Shown: positions 42,958-57,071, counted from the first letter of the stretch. The stretch: 64,000 nt of DNA from the human T2T-CHM13v2.0 reference genome, Homo sapiens (GCF_009914755.1 NC_060933.1); one strand, 5' to 3'. Notes: generated by a model not told the origin, from the letters alone. Numbers and translations: made by a program.

Positions 42958-44761
42958 ACCCCTGCAAAAAAGTGGCCACATCTTAATCCCTGGAACCTGA
43001 GAATATGTTATATTGCATGGCAAAGCAGAATTAGGTTTGCTAATCAACCTACCTTAAAATAGAGAGATTATCCTGAAATATCCAGGGGAGTCCAGTATCC
43101 TTAGAAAGGAAAGAGGTCAGCAGGAGGGTCAGCGTTAGAGTGATTTGATGTGATAAGGATGCAGCTTTGAGGATGAAGAATGGGCAATGAGCCAATAAAA
43201 GCAGGTGGCCTCTAGAAGCTGGGGAGAGCAGGAAAATGAATTCTCCCCTAGAGACTCCAGAGAGGAATGCATCTCTGCCAACATCTTAATTTTAATCATG
43301 TGAGACTTTTATCAGACTTCTGGCCTAGAAAACCATAAGACAATAAATTCATGCTCTTTTAAGCCACTAAGCATGTGCAGCAGCAATAAACAAATAATTT
43401 TTGCAGCAGCAATAGGCAACTATTAGATTTCAGTACCTGGAGGTGGAGTGCTACCGTAACAAATTCCTAAAAATGTAGAAGTAATTTTGGAATTGAGAAC
43501 TAGGCAGGAAGAATTTTAAGGAACGTAATAGGAAAAGTTAGACAGCCTTGTACAGACCTATATAAATATAAACATTAATGACTCTGTTATGGATGACTTA
43601 GAAGGAAGTAAGATGTAGGGTGGAGAAAATATACATCATCTAGAGAATACCTACATCATCAGAAACAGATTGGTGGTAGAAATATGGATGTTAAAGGTGC
43701 TGCTGGGGAGGGTGCAGAAGGAAGTGAGGAATGTATTATTGGAAACTAGAGAAAAGGGGATTTTTGTTGTATAGTGACAGAAAGATCAACTAAATTGTGT
43801 CCTATAATTATGTGGAAAGTGAAACTTTAAGCAACAAACTTGTTTACTTATCTGAGATTTCCAAAGTTTCGAAGACAAAGCCTGGTTACTTCTTGTTGCA
43901 TACAGTAAAATATGAAAGAAAAGAAAGAAATTGAGGGAAGAACTGTTTTAAAAAGCAGGGAAGGAGAGCAGTCAGACCAGGTCATGACAATTGGTGAAAT
44001 TTGCAACTTTCCAAAATTTCAAATGATGCTAAAGTGAAGAGATTCTCTGTTAAAAAATAATGCTCTGGAGAAAAAGTCTGGAATGTAGCTGCACAACCTT
44101 TTGCTAATATCAGAGAAAGAGCAGGATGTCAGAATATTCAATCTTTGAGAAATTTAGGGTGTAACTTATAGATTCCCCTTAGTTAGCAGATGCCAAAAAT
44201 AGATATGGGATTACTTAGGAATGATCTGTGGAATGAAGTGAATCCTGGTGAGACATACAAGAGGCCTACAAAGTTCCTGAGACTATAATATCAGTAGAAA
44301 TATAGCCATCATGGACCAAAAAAGTCAAAAAGAGCAGACTAAAAGATGGCTGATGGACCTTTATGCTTCTCCAGACAGAAAACAGGGATCAGAAGCAAAC
44401 TGATCAGCTGCAAGCATGTGCTGCCTTTTGTGATTATAAAAAAAGAACAAACAAACAACAACAACAACAAAAACCTCACAGAGGGAAGACCAGCAAACTC
44501 AGAGAATGGAGCTGTGAGCTCAGGACAGAGTCAAGAACCACAGATAATTATTCCAAGGTTTTGAAGCCTATGGAGTTTGTCAGGTTGGATTTTGAAATTA
44601 CTTGGAACTAGTAACTCATTTTACCTTCAATTCTCTCCCTTTTTAAGTGAGAATATCTCTATCTGCTATCCTATGCATATCCCACCATTGTATTTTAGGA
44701 GTAGATAACTTTTTTCTTTAGTCCACGGTTGTAGAGGAATTGTGCCCCAGGATGGATCATA
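42958..44761 (+). mobile_element. MLT1D-like 5' LTR (to ~43428) plus internal sequence
   Basis: atccctggaacctgagaatatgtt...ggtggcctctagaagctgg...ttaagccactaag...gcagcaatagg; internal part starts tttcagtacctggaggtggagtgct..gtaacaaat.cctaaaaatgt. Confidence 0.8.
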
Positions 44762-45070
44762 GGGTGATCCCCAAAATTGGGTTTTAGCCTGGGAGGCCAC
44801 CTGGGTTTTTGGCTTCACGCAGGAAGGAATTCAAGAACAAGTTGATAAAGTAAAAGCAAGTTTATTAAGAAAGTAAAGGAATAAAAGGGTGGCTACTCCT
44901 TAGGGAGAGCAGCCCTGAAGTCTGCTGGTTTGCAATTTTTATGGTTATTTTTTGATCACATGCTAAACAAAGGTTAGATTATTCATGAGCTCTCAGGGAA
45001 GGGGGTGGGAAATTCCTGGAACTAAGGGTTCCTCCCCATTTCAGACCACATAGGATAACTTCTGGACATT
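44762..45070 (-). mobile_element. MER41-family LTR fragment
   Basis: aagcaagtttattaagaaagtaaaggaataaaagggtggctactcc...atttttatggttatt...atgctaaacaa. Confidence 0.8.
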
Positions 45071-45721
45071 GTAGCTCCTTTGTTTTGGCCAATTTCTCCC
45101 ATTTGGAATGTGTGTATTTACCAAATGCCTCTACCCCCATTGTATCTAGGAAGTAATTAACTTACTTTTGATTTTACAGGCTCACAGGCAGAAGGGACTT
45201 GTTTAGTCTCAGATGAGACTATGGACTTGGACTTTTGGGTTAATGCTGAAATGAATGAAGACTTTGGAAGACTCTTGGGAAGGCATAATTGTGTTTTGAA
45301 CTGTGAGAAGGATGAGATTTGGGAGGGGCTGGGGCAGAATGATATGGCCTGGCTCTGTGTCCCCACTCAAATCTCATCTTGAATTGTAATCCAAATTGTA
45401 ATCCCCATGTGTTGGGGGAGGGACCTCATGGGAGTTGATTAGATCATGAGGATGATTCCTCCATACTGTTCTCATGATAGTGAGTGAGTTCTCTTGAGAT
45501 CTGTTGGTGTTATAAAGGGCTTTTTCCCCCTTTGCTCTGCACTTCTTCTTCCTGCTGGCATGTGAATAAGAAGCCTTTCTTCCCTTTTGCTTTCAGCCAT
45601 GATTTAAGTTTCCTGAGGCCTTCCCAGCCATGCCAAACTGTGAGTCAATTAAACCTCTTTCCTTTATAAATTACCCAGTCTCAGGCAGTTCTTTAGAGCA
45701 GCATGAGAATGGACTAATACA
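45071..45721 (+). mobile_element. THE1D-like 3' internal end (45071-45339) plus 3' LTR (45340-45721); inverted half of the element at 45818-47871
   Basis: cctttgttttggccaatttctcccatttggaa...ggggcagaa|tgatatgg...ggactaataca, followed by TGTAC. Confidence 0.9.
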
Positions 45722-45817
45722 TGTACATAATTAAAATGCTTTTTCCCCATTAATCTGCCTTATGTCAATATATTAGGTTGCAATTATTTTTGCACATATC
45801 TTGAGTTATCTGGACAT

Positions 45818-47871
45818 GGGTTCCCACAGCCTTGGGCATCTCCACCCCTGTTGCTTTGCAGGGTACAGCCCCCCTCCCAGCTGCTTTCATGGGCTTGTGC
45901 TGACTGCCTGAGGCTTTTCCAGGCACACAATGCAAGCTGTCAGTGGATCTACCATTCTGGGGTCTGGTGGACAGTGGCCCTCTTCTCACAGCTCTACTAT
46001 GCAGTGCCCCAATGGGGACTCTGTGTGGAGGCTCTGACTCCACTTTGCCCTTCTACACTGCCCTAGCAGAGGTTCTCCATGAGGGCTCTGTCCCTGCAGC
46101 AAACTTCTGCCTGGACATCCAGGCATTTCCATACATCCTCTGAAATCTAGGTGGAGGTTCCCAAGCCTCAATTCTTGACTTCTGTGTACCCACAGGCCCA
46201 AAACCACATGTAAGTCACCAAGGCTTGGGGCTTGCACCCTCTGTATCAACAGCCTGAGCTGTATGTTGGCCCCTTTTAGCCATGGCTGAAGCTGAAGCAG
46301 CTGAGATAGAGGACACCATGTTCCAAGGCTTCATAGAGAAAGAGGGCCCGAGGATGGGCCCACAATAGCATTTTTCCCTCCTAGGTCTCCAGGCCTGTGA
46401 TGGAAAGGGCTGCCATGAAGGTCTGTGACATGGCCTGGAGACATTTTTCCCACTGCTTGGCAATTAACATTTGGTACCTTGTTACTTATGCAAATTTCTC
46501 CAGCCAGTTTGAATTTCTCCCCAGAAAATAGGTTTTTCTTCTCTATCGCATCATCAGGATGCAAATTTTCCAAAGTTTTATGCTCTGCTTTCTCTTGAAC
46601 ACTTTGCCACTTAGAAATTTCTTCCCCCAGATACCCTAAATCATGTCTCTCAAGTTCAAAGTTCCACAGATCTCTAGGGCAGGGGCAAAATGCCACCAGT
46701 CTCTTCATTAAAGCATAGCAAGAGTCACTTTTATTCCATTTCCCAACAAGTTTCTCATCTCCATCTGAGACCACCTCAGTCTGGATGCCATTGTCTGCTG
46801 AGACCAGCTTGGTCGGGGAGACCCTAACCCAGTGGCACTAGAGGAACTAAAGATACACACACAGAAATGTAGAAGCATGAAGTGGGAAATCAGGGGTTTC
46901 ACAGCCTTCAGAGCTGAGAGCTCCAAACAGAGATTTACCCACGTATTTATTAACAGCAAGCCAGTCATTAGCATTGTTTCTATAGATATTAGATTAAGTG
47001 AAAGTATCCATATGGGAAATGAAGGGATGGGCCAAAATAAAGGGATGGGTCTGGCTAGTTATCTGCAGCAGGAGCATGTCCTTAAGGCACAGATCGCTCA
47101 TGCTATTGTTTGTGGTTTAAGAATGCCTTTAAGATGTTTTCCGCCCTGGGTGGGCCAGGTGTTCCTTGGCCTCATTCTGGTAAATCCACAACCTTCCAGC
47201 GTGGGCATTATGGCCATCATGAACATGTCACAGTGCTGCAGAGATTTTGTTTATGGCCAGTTTTGGGGCCAGTTATGGCCAGATTTTGGGGGGACTGTTC
47301 CCAACAATTGTCCATATCACTATCAGCATTTTGGTCAAAGCTGTTCAACAACTCTCTAGGAAGTTTCAAATTTTCCCACATCTTTGTGTCTTCTTCTGAG
47401 CCCTCCAAACTCTTCTACCCTCTGCCTGTTCCTGAGTTCCAAAGTCACTTCCACATTTTCGAGTATTATTATATCAGCACTCCACTCCTGGTACTAAGTT
47501 ACTGTATTAGTTCATTCTTGTGCTGCTATCAAGACTGGGTAATTTATAAAAGAAAGACATTTAATTGACTCACAGTTTCACATGGCTGGGAAAGCCTCAG
47601 GAAACTTACACTCATGGTTAAGGCAAATGGGAAGAAAGGCACCTTCTTCACTTTCAGCAGGAAGGAGAAGTGCAGAGCGAAGGTGGGAAAAGCCCTTTAT
47701 AAAACCATTATCTCTCATGAGAACCCACTCACCATCATAAGAACAGCATGGAGGAAATGCTCCTGTGATCTAATCACCTCCACGAGGTCCCTCCCGCAAC
47801 ATGTGGGGATTACAATTCAGATTACGGTTCAAGATGAGATTTGAGTAGGGACACAGAACAAAACCATATCA
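45818..47871 (-). mobile_element. THE1D-like 5' LTR (47503-47871) plus the 5' ~1.2 kb of internal sequence
   Basis: LTR tgtattag...aaaccatatca; ORF track shows the MaLR internal remnant DGDEKLVGKWNK..CPCPRDLWNFELER. Confidence 0.9.
46796..47306 (-). mobile_element. MER9 (HERV-K9/HML-3) solo LTR inserted in THE1 internal sequence
   Basis: tgctgagaccagcttggtcggggagaccctaacc...ctgttcccaaca; exact 6-bp TSD ATTGTC at 46790-46795 and 47307-47312. Confidence 0.9.
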
Positions 47872-48325
47872 GTACATACACATGGGAGTCCCACCAAATA
47901 TGAGACTCCATGGTTGATGTTTTTATAGCATTCTGAACTACAAAAAAAGTATGGGGGTGTGGGCCTTCTAGCAAGGGTGGGGGTGGTGTCAACACAAGTC
48001 ATGGAGGGTTAGGGGAGGAATTGTATGGTGAGTCAAGGTTGTCTTGTTATGAAGATAAAAGCCTCTCAGGTAATAAAAGCAGCTGGTGGAAGAACATGTG
48101 ATAGTCACTGTGGGCATGGTATTCATCTTCCCTGGAGAGTTCATCTCTGGTTGATAAGATTCCCAGGGAGGGAATTCATGACAATTGAGGTCTGTCTTTA
48201 AGCAGACAAGGGGAACTCAGAGAAAGCCCTTGTCTGCATTTGTTCTTCCCCATGAGCCCTCAGTTTGAAGTAATCAGCATATGAAACTGGCAGGTGTTAG
48301 GGGTGGTATTTCCTGAAGTCCTTCA
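47872..48325 (-). mobile_element. MER31/MER67-like ERV1 LTR, host of the THE1 insertion; its 3' end continues inverted at 45722-45770
   Basis: Minus strand starts tgaaggacttcaggaaataccacccc; ...ggactcccatgtgtatgtac continues as ataattaaaatg..ccattaatctgccttatgtcaat. Confidence 0.65.
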
Positions 48326-48388
48326 GTGCTAGAGTTCTTAAAGTGAAGGAGGGAGACAGAAAAATTAAAAGTCAGAGTGATGTGTGAC

Positions 48389-49481
48389 TCCTAAAGTCAC
48401 ACGGGGTGTACACAGAGTCACACAGTGATATGAGTTGTAATATTCTATAGACATGCTACTCATAAATCACAGGGGCTGTACCTCCAGTGATATTATTCCT
48501 AATATTCTAGGGGAATGTTGCTACTATTGTCACGGCAGTGTACACCCTATGATATGACTTGTCATATCCCAGCGGGATGTTACTACTAATGTCACAATGC
48601 CTGTACACCCTGTGATATTATTTGTAATATCCTAAAGAGATGTTACTACTAAGGTCGCAATGCATGTACACCCTCTGATATTATTCGTTATATCCTCGGG
48701 GAATGTCACACGGGGTGTACTCCCTGTCATATTATTCGTAATATCCAAGGGGGATGTTATTTTTAATGTCACCGGGTGTGACATTGCGCATTAAAGATGC
48801 GTATTCAACACTCGTGATACTATTCCTAATATCCTAGGGGCATGCTCTTCCGAATGTCACATGGGGTGTACACCATGTGTGTACACCTGCTGTGATATTA
48901 TTCGTAATATCCTAGGGGAATGTTACTCCTGATGACACAGGCGGTGTACACCATGTGTGTACCCCTCCTGTGTTATTATTCATAATATCCTAGGGGGATG
49001 TTTCTTTTAATGTCACAAAGAGTGTACAAAACGTCACAGAAGGTGTACACGTTGTGACGTTATCTGAATACCCTAGAAGGATGTTACTCCTAATATGTCA
49101 CAGGGGTGTACAGGCTTTGATGTTATTTATAATCTCATAGAGAGACATTACTTCAAATATCACAGTGGACGTACACACATAGTGTATACCCTGTGATAGT
49201 ATTCATAATATCCTAGGGAGATACAACTCCTGATATCACAGTGCGTGTACCCCGTGTGTGTACACCCTTGATAATAGTCGTAATATCCAGGGTAAATATT
49301 ACTCCTCATATCACAAAGTGTGCACACCCTGTGATGTTTTTCCTCATACTTTAGGGAGATATTGCTTCTAATATCACAGTGGGTGTACCCCATGTGTGTA
49401 TACTCTGTGACAGTATATTCTATATCCTAGGGAGGTATTACTCCTAATATCACAGTGGGTGTTCACCCTGTGATATCATTC
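48389..49481. repeat. SATR1-type satellite array (~60-80 bp monomers)
   Basis: Tandem gtacaccctgtgatattattcgtaatatcctagggggatgttactcctaatgtcacagggg units. Confidence 0.9.
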
Positions 49482-50508
49482 TTATTTGACCCTGCTGCCT
49501 TTTTTAACCCACACTACAAAAGGAATGCAACAGATAAGAAGATGTTGAGATTAGACAGAGCTGCCGTGCAGCCACCGCAGGACACTTTTAATATCCCTGT
49601 TTCTCAGGCTGTAGATGAAGGGGTTCAGCATGGGGGTGACCACCGTGTACATCACTGAGGCCACCGCAGCCTTTCTCGGGGAAGATGACACATCTGAACT
49701 GAGGTACCCTCCAATGCCTGTTCCATAAAATCAGCAAACAACCGACAGGTGAGACCCACAGGTGGAGAAGGCCTTATACTTCCCACCTGATGATGAAACC
49801 CTCAGAATGGAGGAAACAATTTTATAGTAAGAGAAAAGGGTCCCCGAGATGGGAAGAAAACCAAATATGGCAGCAGGGAAATACATGATTATGTTATTGG
49901 TGAAGGTGTCACAACATGCAAGATGGGGGAGTGGAGAAGGGTCACAGAAGAAATTAGGAATTTCCACATCCTTGAAGCAGGTCATTTGTAAGGCAATCAA
50001 GTTGTGCAGCTGGGCGTCTAAAAGACTGAGAAAAAAAAAAAAGTCAACAAAACTAGAAAGCCACAGAAACAAGGGTTCATGACGGCTGAATGATATAGAG
50101 GGTGACAGATGGCTACAAACTGGTCATAGGCCATCACACTCAGGAGCATGTCTCTCTTCCATGCCTCCAAAAATGGCAAAGAGAGACGTCTGAGTCAGGC
50201 AGCCTGCATAGGAGATGACTCTGCTGTGAGATCGGATGTCCACAATCATCTTGGGGACCGTGGTGGAGGTGAAACCGATGTCAGGCAAGGATAGGTTGGA
50301 GAGGAAGAAGTACATGGGGGTGTGGAGGTGGGAGTCAGGACTGACGGCCAGGATGATGAGCAGGTTCCCCAGCACCGTGACCAGGCACATGGACAGGAAC
50401 AGCCCAGCAAGGACCAGCTGCCGTTCTGGATCCTCTGAGGTTCTAGGAGGAGGAATATAGAGACATCTATTAGATTCTGTGGGTCTGTAGAGATTGGACA
50501 CCTTTTGC
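49482..50508 (-). pseudogene. OR7E: Olfactory receptor family 7 subfamily E pseudogene (copy 1)
   Basis: Motifs [59 protein letters not shown]. Frameshifts near 50445, 50150 and the A-run at 50031-50042; TGA in TM6 at 49731-49733. Exact paralogue not determined. Confidence 0.95.
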
Positions 50509-51183
50509 CTAGAAAAGAGGGTTGAGAAATCGGAAACAAGTAAACCAACACCCAGCATCATGTCTGCATTTTGGATAGAAGCAAATCACAAGTAATATTT
50601 TCAGATTTCAGAGCAATCCACAGTCACCAATATTTTGCAGTTCTGACAAACTCAACTGTCTTCTAATGCTTTCATCATTGATTTCTGTGTTATTCACTTC
50701 TTGCTCTACACACCTGCCCCAGAGACACTAGATTCAAGGATGTTCCAAGAACCAGATCATCATATATAACAAATTCGTAATTGCTAGAAAAGACAGCCTA
50801 TCTTTACCAAAGGAAACTATGTAATAAAACCATTCTCTTCACTTTAAGAAAAAGGTTATCCTAATTAAAGGAAATTAAGAACTCAAATATTTTATTTTAT
50901 TCGAATAGATTGATACAAATTCCCTTGATTTAGAACATCTGTAAACACTGTATAACTGCTGAGACCATGCCATCTGGAAATGAAATTAAAGTTGATAGTT
51001 CATAAGCAGAAAATAGTTCCACAGGCCAGTTAGGTCCTAGTGATTTCATCATTATGTTTTCTGACTTTTCTCCTTCAAGAGAGTAATTGCTTACTCAAAT
51101 CGGTGGGTCTGGTTTTAAAATTAATGTAAGCTATAACTCCTGTCCTTAGCTTCGGTGGACTTAGAGTTTTCATCAGAACATTT

Positions 51184-51486
<303 letters not shown>

Positions 51487-52007
51487 ACACTCTCTGTCAC
51501 ACTGATGACAGCCAATTTTTGTGAACCAAGGAAGTGTCAATTCGATAATTCACATAGATGTTTACTTTTGCTATCTCCTTTGTGCCAAGCAAGATATAGG
51601 CTCTGGGGAATCAGAAACAAAAGAGACTCACTTGTTCCTCTCACAATACTCAGTACTTACTGAGATAAGGACAAAAGAAAATGTCCTGTCTGGAACGCAG
51701 AGAAACCAGAACTTCTGGTCAGGGGATATTTCCGTTGAACCGTATGGAGTTTAAGCTTAAAATATTAACAAATGTATCTAAAATTCACTTTGCCTTTACT
51801 TTACGCATCCATCACATGGAGATCATGCAGCGGGCACCCACGATCGGTTTAATCATCGCTCACTTCCATTGGATCAACTAGAAATCAACTCAGATGAGAG
51901 TGCTGAGTCTCAGAGGATGGACGTCTCACCCCTTGCCATACAGATAAGTAGAAAGGGTGGTACTGAAAATTAATGGCCAGACTCTAAGACCCGGGCACTA
52001 TGCTTGA

Positions 52008-52351
<344 letters not shown>

Positions 52352-52759
52352 TCCAAAAGTTTTCAACAGAGCTCAGAGGTCTTAACCATGGGCACATCTG
52401 AGGAGCATTTTTGAAATGGTTTCCAGCTTCCTCAATAGGAATGGAAGCCAAACCCCGAATTTATGACTCCTTTGAGGAAGTCGAGAGCTGTAAGGAAAGC
52501 CAGGAACAGGGGCAAGGGAGAGATGCCTCCCGAATGATCCTGTGCCAATTCTTTCTGGAATCTTTGATGTGATCTCATCTCAGCTGCCCTTTCCATACTT
52601 GACACAGTGATTGTGGCACCCACTGGTCTAGCTGTGGCCTACAAGGAACCCCCAAAGGGAAGGGCACAGTGAGCAGGGGCATCGGCCTGAGTGACAAGGA
52701 TTTGAGAGGGCAGGTTGGATGCAGGGAGAGGACTGGCCAAATGCCATGTGTCTGGCCTT

Positions 52760-52960
52760 AGACTGCCTGGTTCAAATTGGGCTTCACCTTTTTTGACTTC
52801 ATGATCTGGTGCAAGTTATATGAAAATGTGTTGCTCCTTTTCTAGTCTGTAAAATAATCATGAAATGTGCACTAATAACTGGGAGACTAAGCAGATGAAA
52901 TGAAACAAGCTGCATAGAGCACAGAGCTCAGAGCCTGGCCTTTAGGAAGCCCTCAGTAAG
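52760..52960 (+). mobile_element. MIR (degenerate)
   Basis: agactgcctggttcaaattgggcttcac...gcaagtta...gtctgtaaaat...agagcctggc. Confidence 0.55.
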
Positions 52961-54044
52961 GGTTCATGATGCCATGGTGTCTGTCATCATCCTCTTTATC
53001 CTCATCATCACCTTCATCATCTTTTTGTTGTTCCAAGGGAATAGTTTAGAGGGACTCATTCCCTGCTATCGTGGGTGAGATGTCTATGAAAAGGACAACC
53101 AGTGGGGGAGGGAAGCAAAATTTTGAAGAAGATTCCTGAGAGAGACCCCCCACCACAACCAAGAACTGAAACTCCACAGTCTGCTGAGCTGACAGTTTGC
53201 ACATTGGTCTCCTCCCATCTGCCCACGGCACTCTCCTGTTTGTCCTGAGGATGAGGAAACAAACAAGGCTCCCGACGGTCCCTCAGCACTCACTGAACTG
53301 CCCTTCCCCTCTGCTGGGCCATGACCACGGAGAACAGGTCCACTGTCCTCCCTGCATGGTGCACATTGGAGGCTCAGACTCCGTCCTCAAGGCCGGCCAG
53401 AAGGGAGGGTGAGATATGAGCCTCCTGATACGGGTGACGGGGGTGGAGCCCACAGGACTGCAACCTCATACTGCAGGGCTGGAGGCACAGAGTATTTACT
53501 ATTCTATGGCGTGGGGGGCTCAAGCACAGAGCTCCTCATTAGCCAGAGTCCCCCAAGTTCCCCAAGCTCTAAGGATTTCCTCATCATCATGCAAGAAGAA
53601 GAGGAAAATGAGTGTCCATAGAAGCTCTGGAGCTCTTCCTCTAATCAGGAGAGACCTTGTGTGTATTATTCGCTTCTTTCCTTTCTTTTACAAGATCCAA
53701 GTGCTTTAATTTTCATCTTTTATTATGGGAAAATATACCATGTAGAAATGTTAAAAATTATAAATGTAGATTATTTCATATAGAATGGCCAGTATAAACA
53801 TTTACAATTTCCACTCTTTTTCAGTTTACAGTTTAATCACATTAGGTACATTCACATTGTTTAGCAACCATCACCGCCATCCTCTCCAGAACAGTTTTAT
53901 CCTTGAAAATGGAAATTGCACCCATTAACCAAACTCTCCATTCCTCTCTCTCTCGCCCACCCCTGGGGGCCACCATTCTATTTTGCAACTGTATAAGTTT
54001 AACTACTCTAGACACGTGATATAAGTGGAATCAGAGCGTGTTTA

Positions 54045-54790
<746 letters not shown>

Positions 54791-55827
54791 AGAAGTGCCT
54801 GCCTTTTTAAGGCTGAAAAGTCTTCCATCGCATGAATGAACTGCAGTGCGCTTTTTCGTTCATCTGTCCACGAACCCTTGGGTTGCTTCCACATTTTGGC
54901 TGTTGTGAATACTGCTGCTATGAATTTGGGTGTACGAATCTCTCTTCCACTCCTGGCTTCTAATTCTTTTTGGCAGGTACCCACAAGTGCAACTGCGGGA
55001 ACATCCGCTAATCCTGTTTCTACTTTTTCCGGTACACGCCATACTATTTTCCCTGTTCCTTCACGGTTTTACATTCCCTCCAATCAGATTTGAGCATTCC
55101 TACTTCCCTCTAGTTTCACCAATGCTTGTTTGTTTATCATATCCATCCAAATGTGTGGTATCACAATTTTGGTTTGATTTGCACTTCCTTATGATTAGTG
55201 ATTTTGAACATCATTTTAGACGCTTATTGGCCATTGCTATATCTTCTTTAGGGACACGTCTACTCGAGTCTTCTGACCATTGTCAATGGGATGCTTTGGG
55301 TTTCTTGTTGTTCAGTTCTAGCTGTTCTTTGTATACGATGCCTATCAGCCTCTTTTCAGAGATATGATTTGCAAATATTTTTCCTAATCCATGGGTTATC
55401 CTTTCACTCAGTTCACAGTGTTTGCTGATGCACAAAAGTGTCTGTCATTTAGATGTAATCCAAGGAATCTAATTTTCTTTTGTTGCCTATGCTTTTGGTG
55501 TCATATCCCAGAAAGCATTGCCCAATCTGATGTCATGAAAGTGTGGCCTATGTTTTCTTTTAGGCATATTATACTTTCAGCACTTGGGGTTAGGTCTTTG
55601 ATCCAGTTTGTGTTAATTTTTGCACCTGGTGTGACATAGAGTCCACCTTCATTCTTCTGCATGTGGAAATCAAGTTTCCCCAACACCATTTCTTGAAAAG
55701 GCTGCTTTTCCACCAGTGGACTTTCTTAGCACTCATGTGAAAAATCATTTGAACATATAGGTGAGAAGTTATTTCTGGGCTGAAAAACAAACAAACAACA
55801 ACAGACAACAGATAAGGATGCAGCGTG

Positions 55828-56135
<308 letters not shown>

Positions 56136-56214
56136 TCCAGCATGATTTCGAGAGCAGAAAGAGAATAGCTGAAAAACCAGCATAATGAGAAAGTTAGGAA
56201 GCTTCTTACTAAAG

Positions 56215-56880
56215 CATCTGGAAACATGCAAGAAATTCTTGTGAACTAAAATTTTCATACTGTACTATCAAACACTAGAACTCACTTATTCCATCTTTCT
56301 GTATTTTGGGACCCAATTATCCACTTCTCTTCATTCCCCATCCCACCCCTTTTCTTCCTAGCGTCTGCTAACCACCTTTATACTTTCCACCTTCCTGAGA
56401 TTCCTTTTGTGTGTAGGTGTGTGATGGAGTCTCTTTCTGTTGCCCAGGTTGGAGTATACAGGCACAATCTGGGCTCACGGCAACCTCCGCCTCCCGAGTT
56501 CAAGCACTTCTTGGGCCTCAGCCCTCCGAGTAGCTGAGACTACAGGCACGCATCACCACGCCGGGCTAATTGTGTTTTTAGTAGAGACGGGGTTTCACCA
56601 TGTTGGCCAGGCGGGTCTCGAACTCCTGGCCTCAAGTGATCCATGCGACTCGGCCTCCCAAAGTGCTGGGATTACAGGCCTGAGCCACCACACCTGGCCA
56701 AGATTTTCTTTTTTCTTCCTACACATAAGTGAGGACATGTAATATTTCTCATTCTGTGCCTGGCTTATTTCACTTAATATACAGACCTGAAATCTCATCC
56801 ATTTTGTCTGCAGTGGAGAGGATTTTGTTTATTCCTTTTTAGGCTGAATAATACTTCATTGTGTGTGTATACCACAGTTT
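56215..56880 (-). mobile_element. L1MA-like 3' fragment split by an Alu
   Basis: cactagaactcacttattcc...cacataagtgaggacatgtaatatt..tctgtgcctggcttatttcacttaa. Confidence 0.7.
56423..56699 (-). mobile_element. AluS (older)
   Basis: Full dimer. Confidence 0.95.
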
Positions 56881-57071
56881 CTCAACTGAAACAAATTTCT
56901 AAAAAGCAAATATTTTTAACATGTCTCGGAATGTGAAACTTCAGGGATACTGTGCCTATTTTATTCTTTTCTATTTCCCGTCTTATGTATATGCAAGTGT
57001 ATAACAAAGCAGCATCAAAGTGTGTATAAATCTATAATTTCAACAAATGTAAAATGAAAATGCTAAGTAGT

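Noticed and set aside
46832-47568. 175-aa and 152-aa ORFs
   Set aside because: Antisense MER9/THE1 sequence with no recognisable domain
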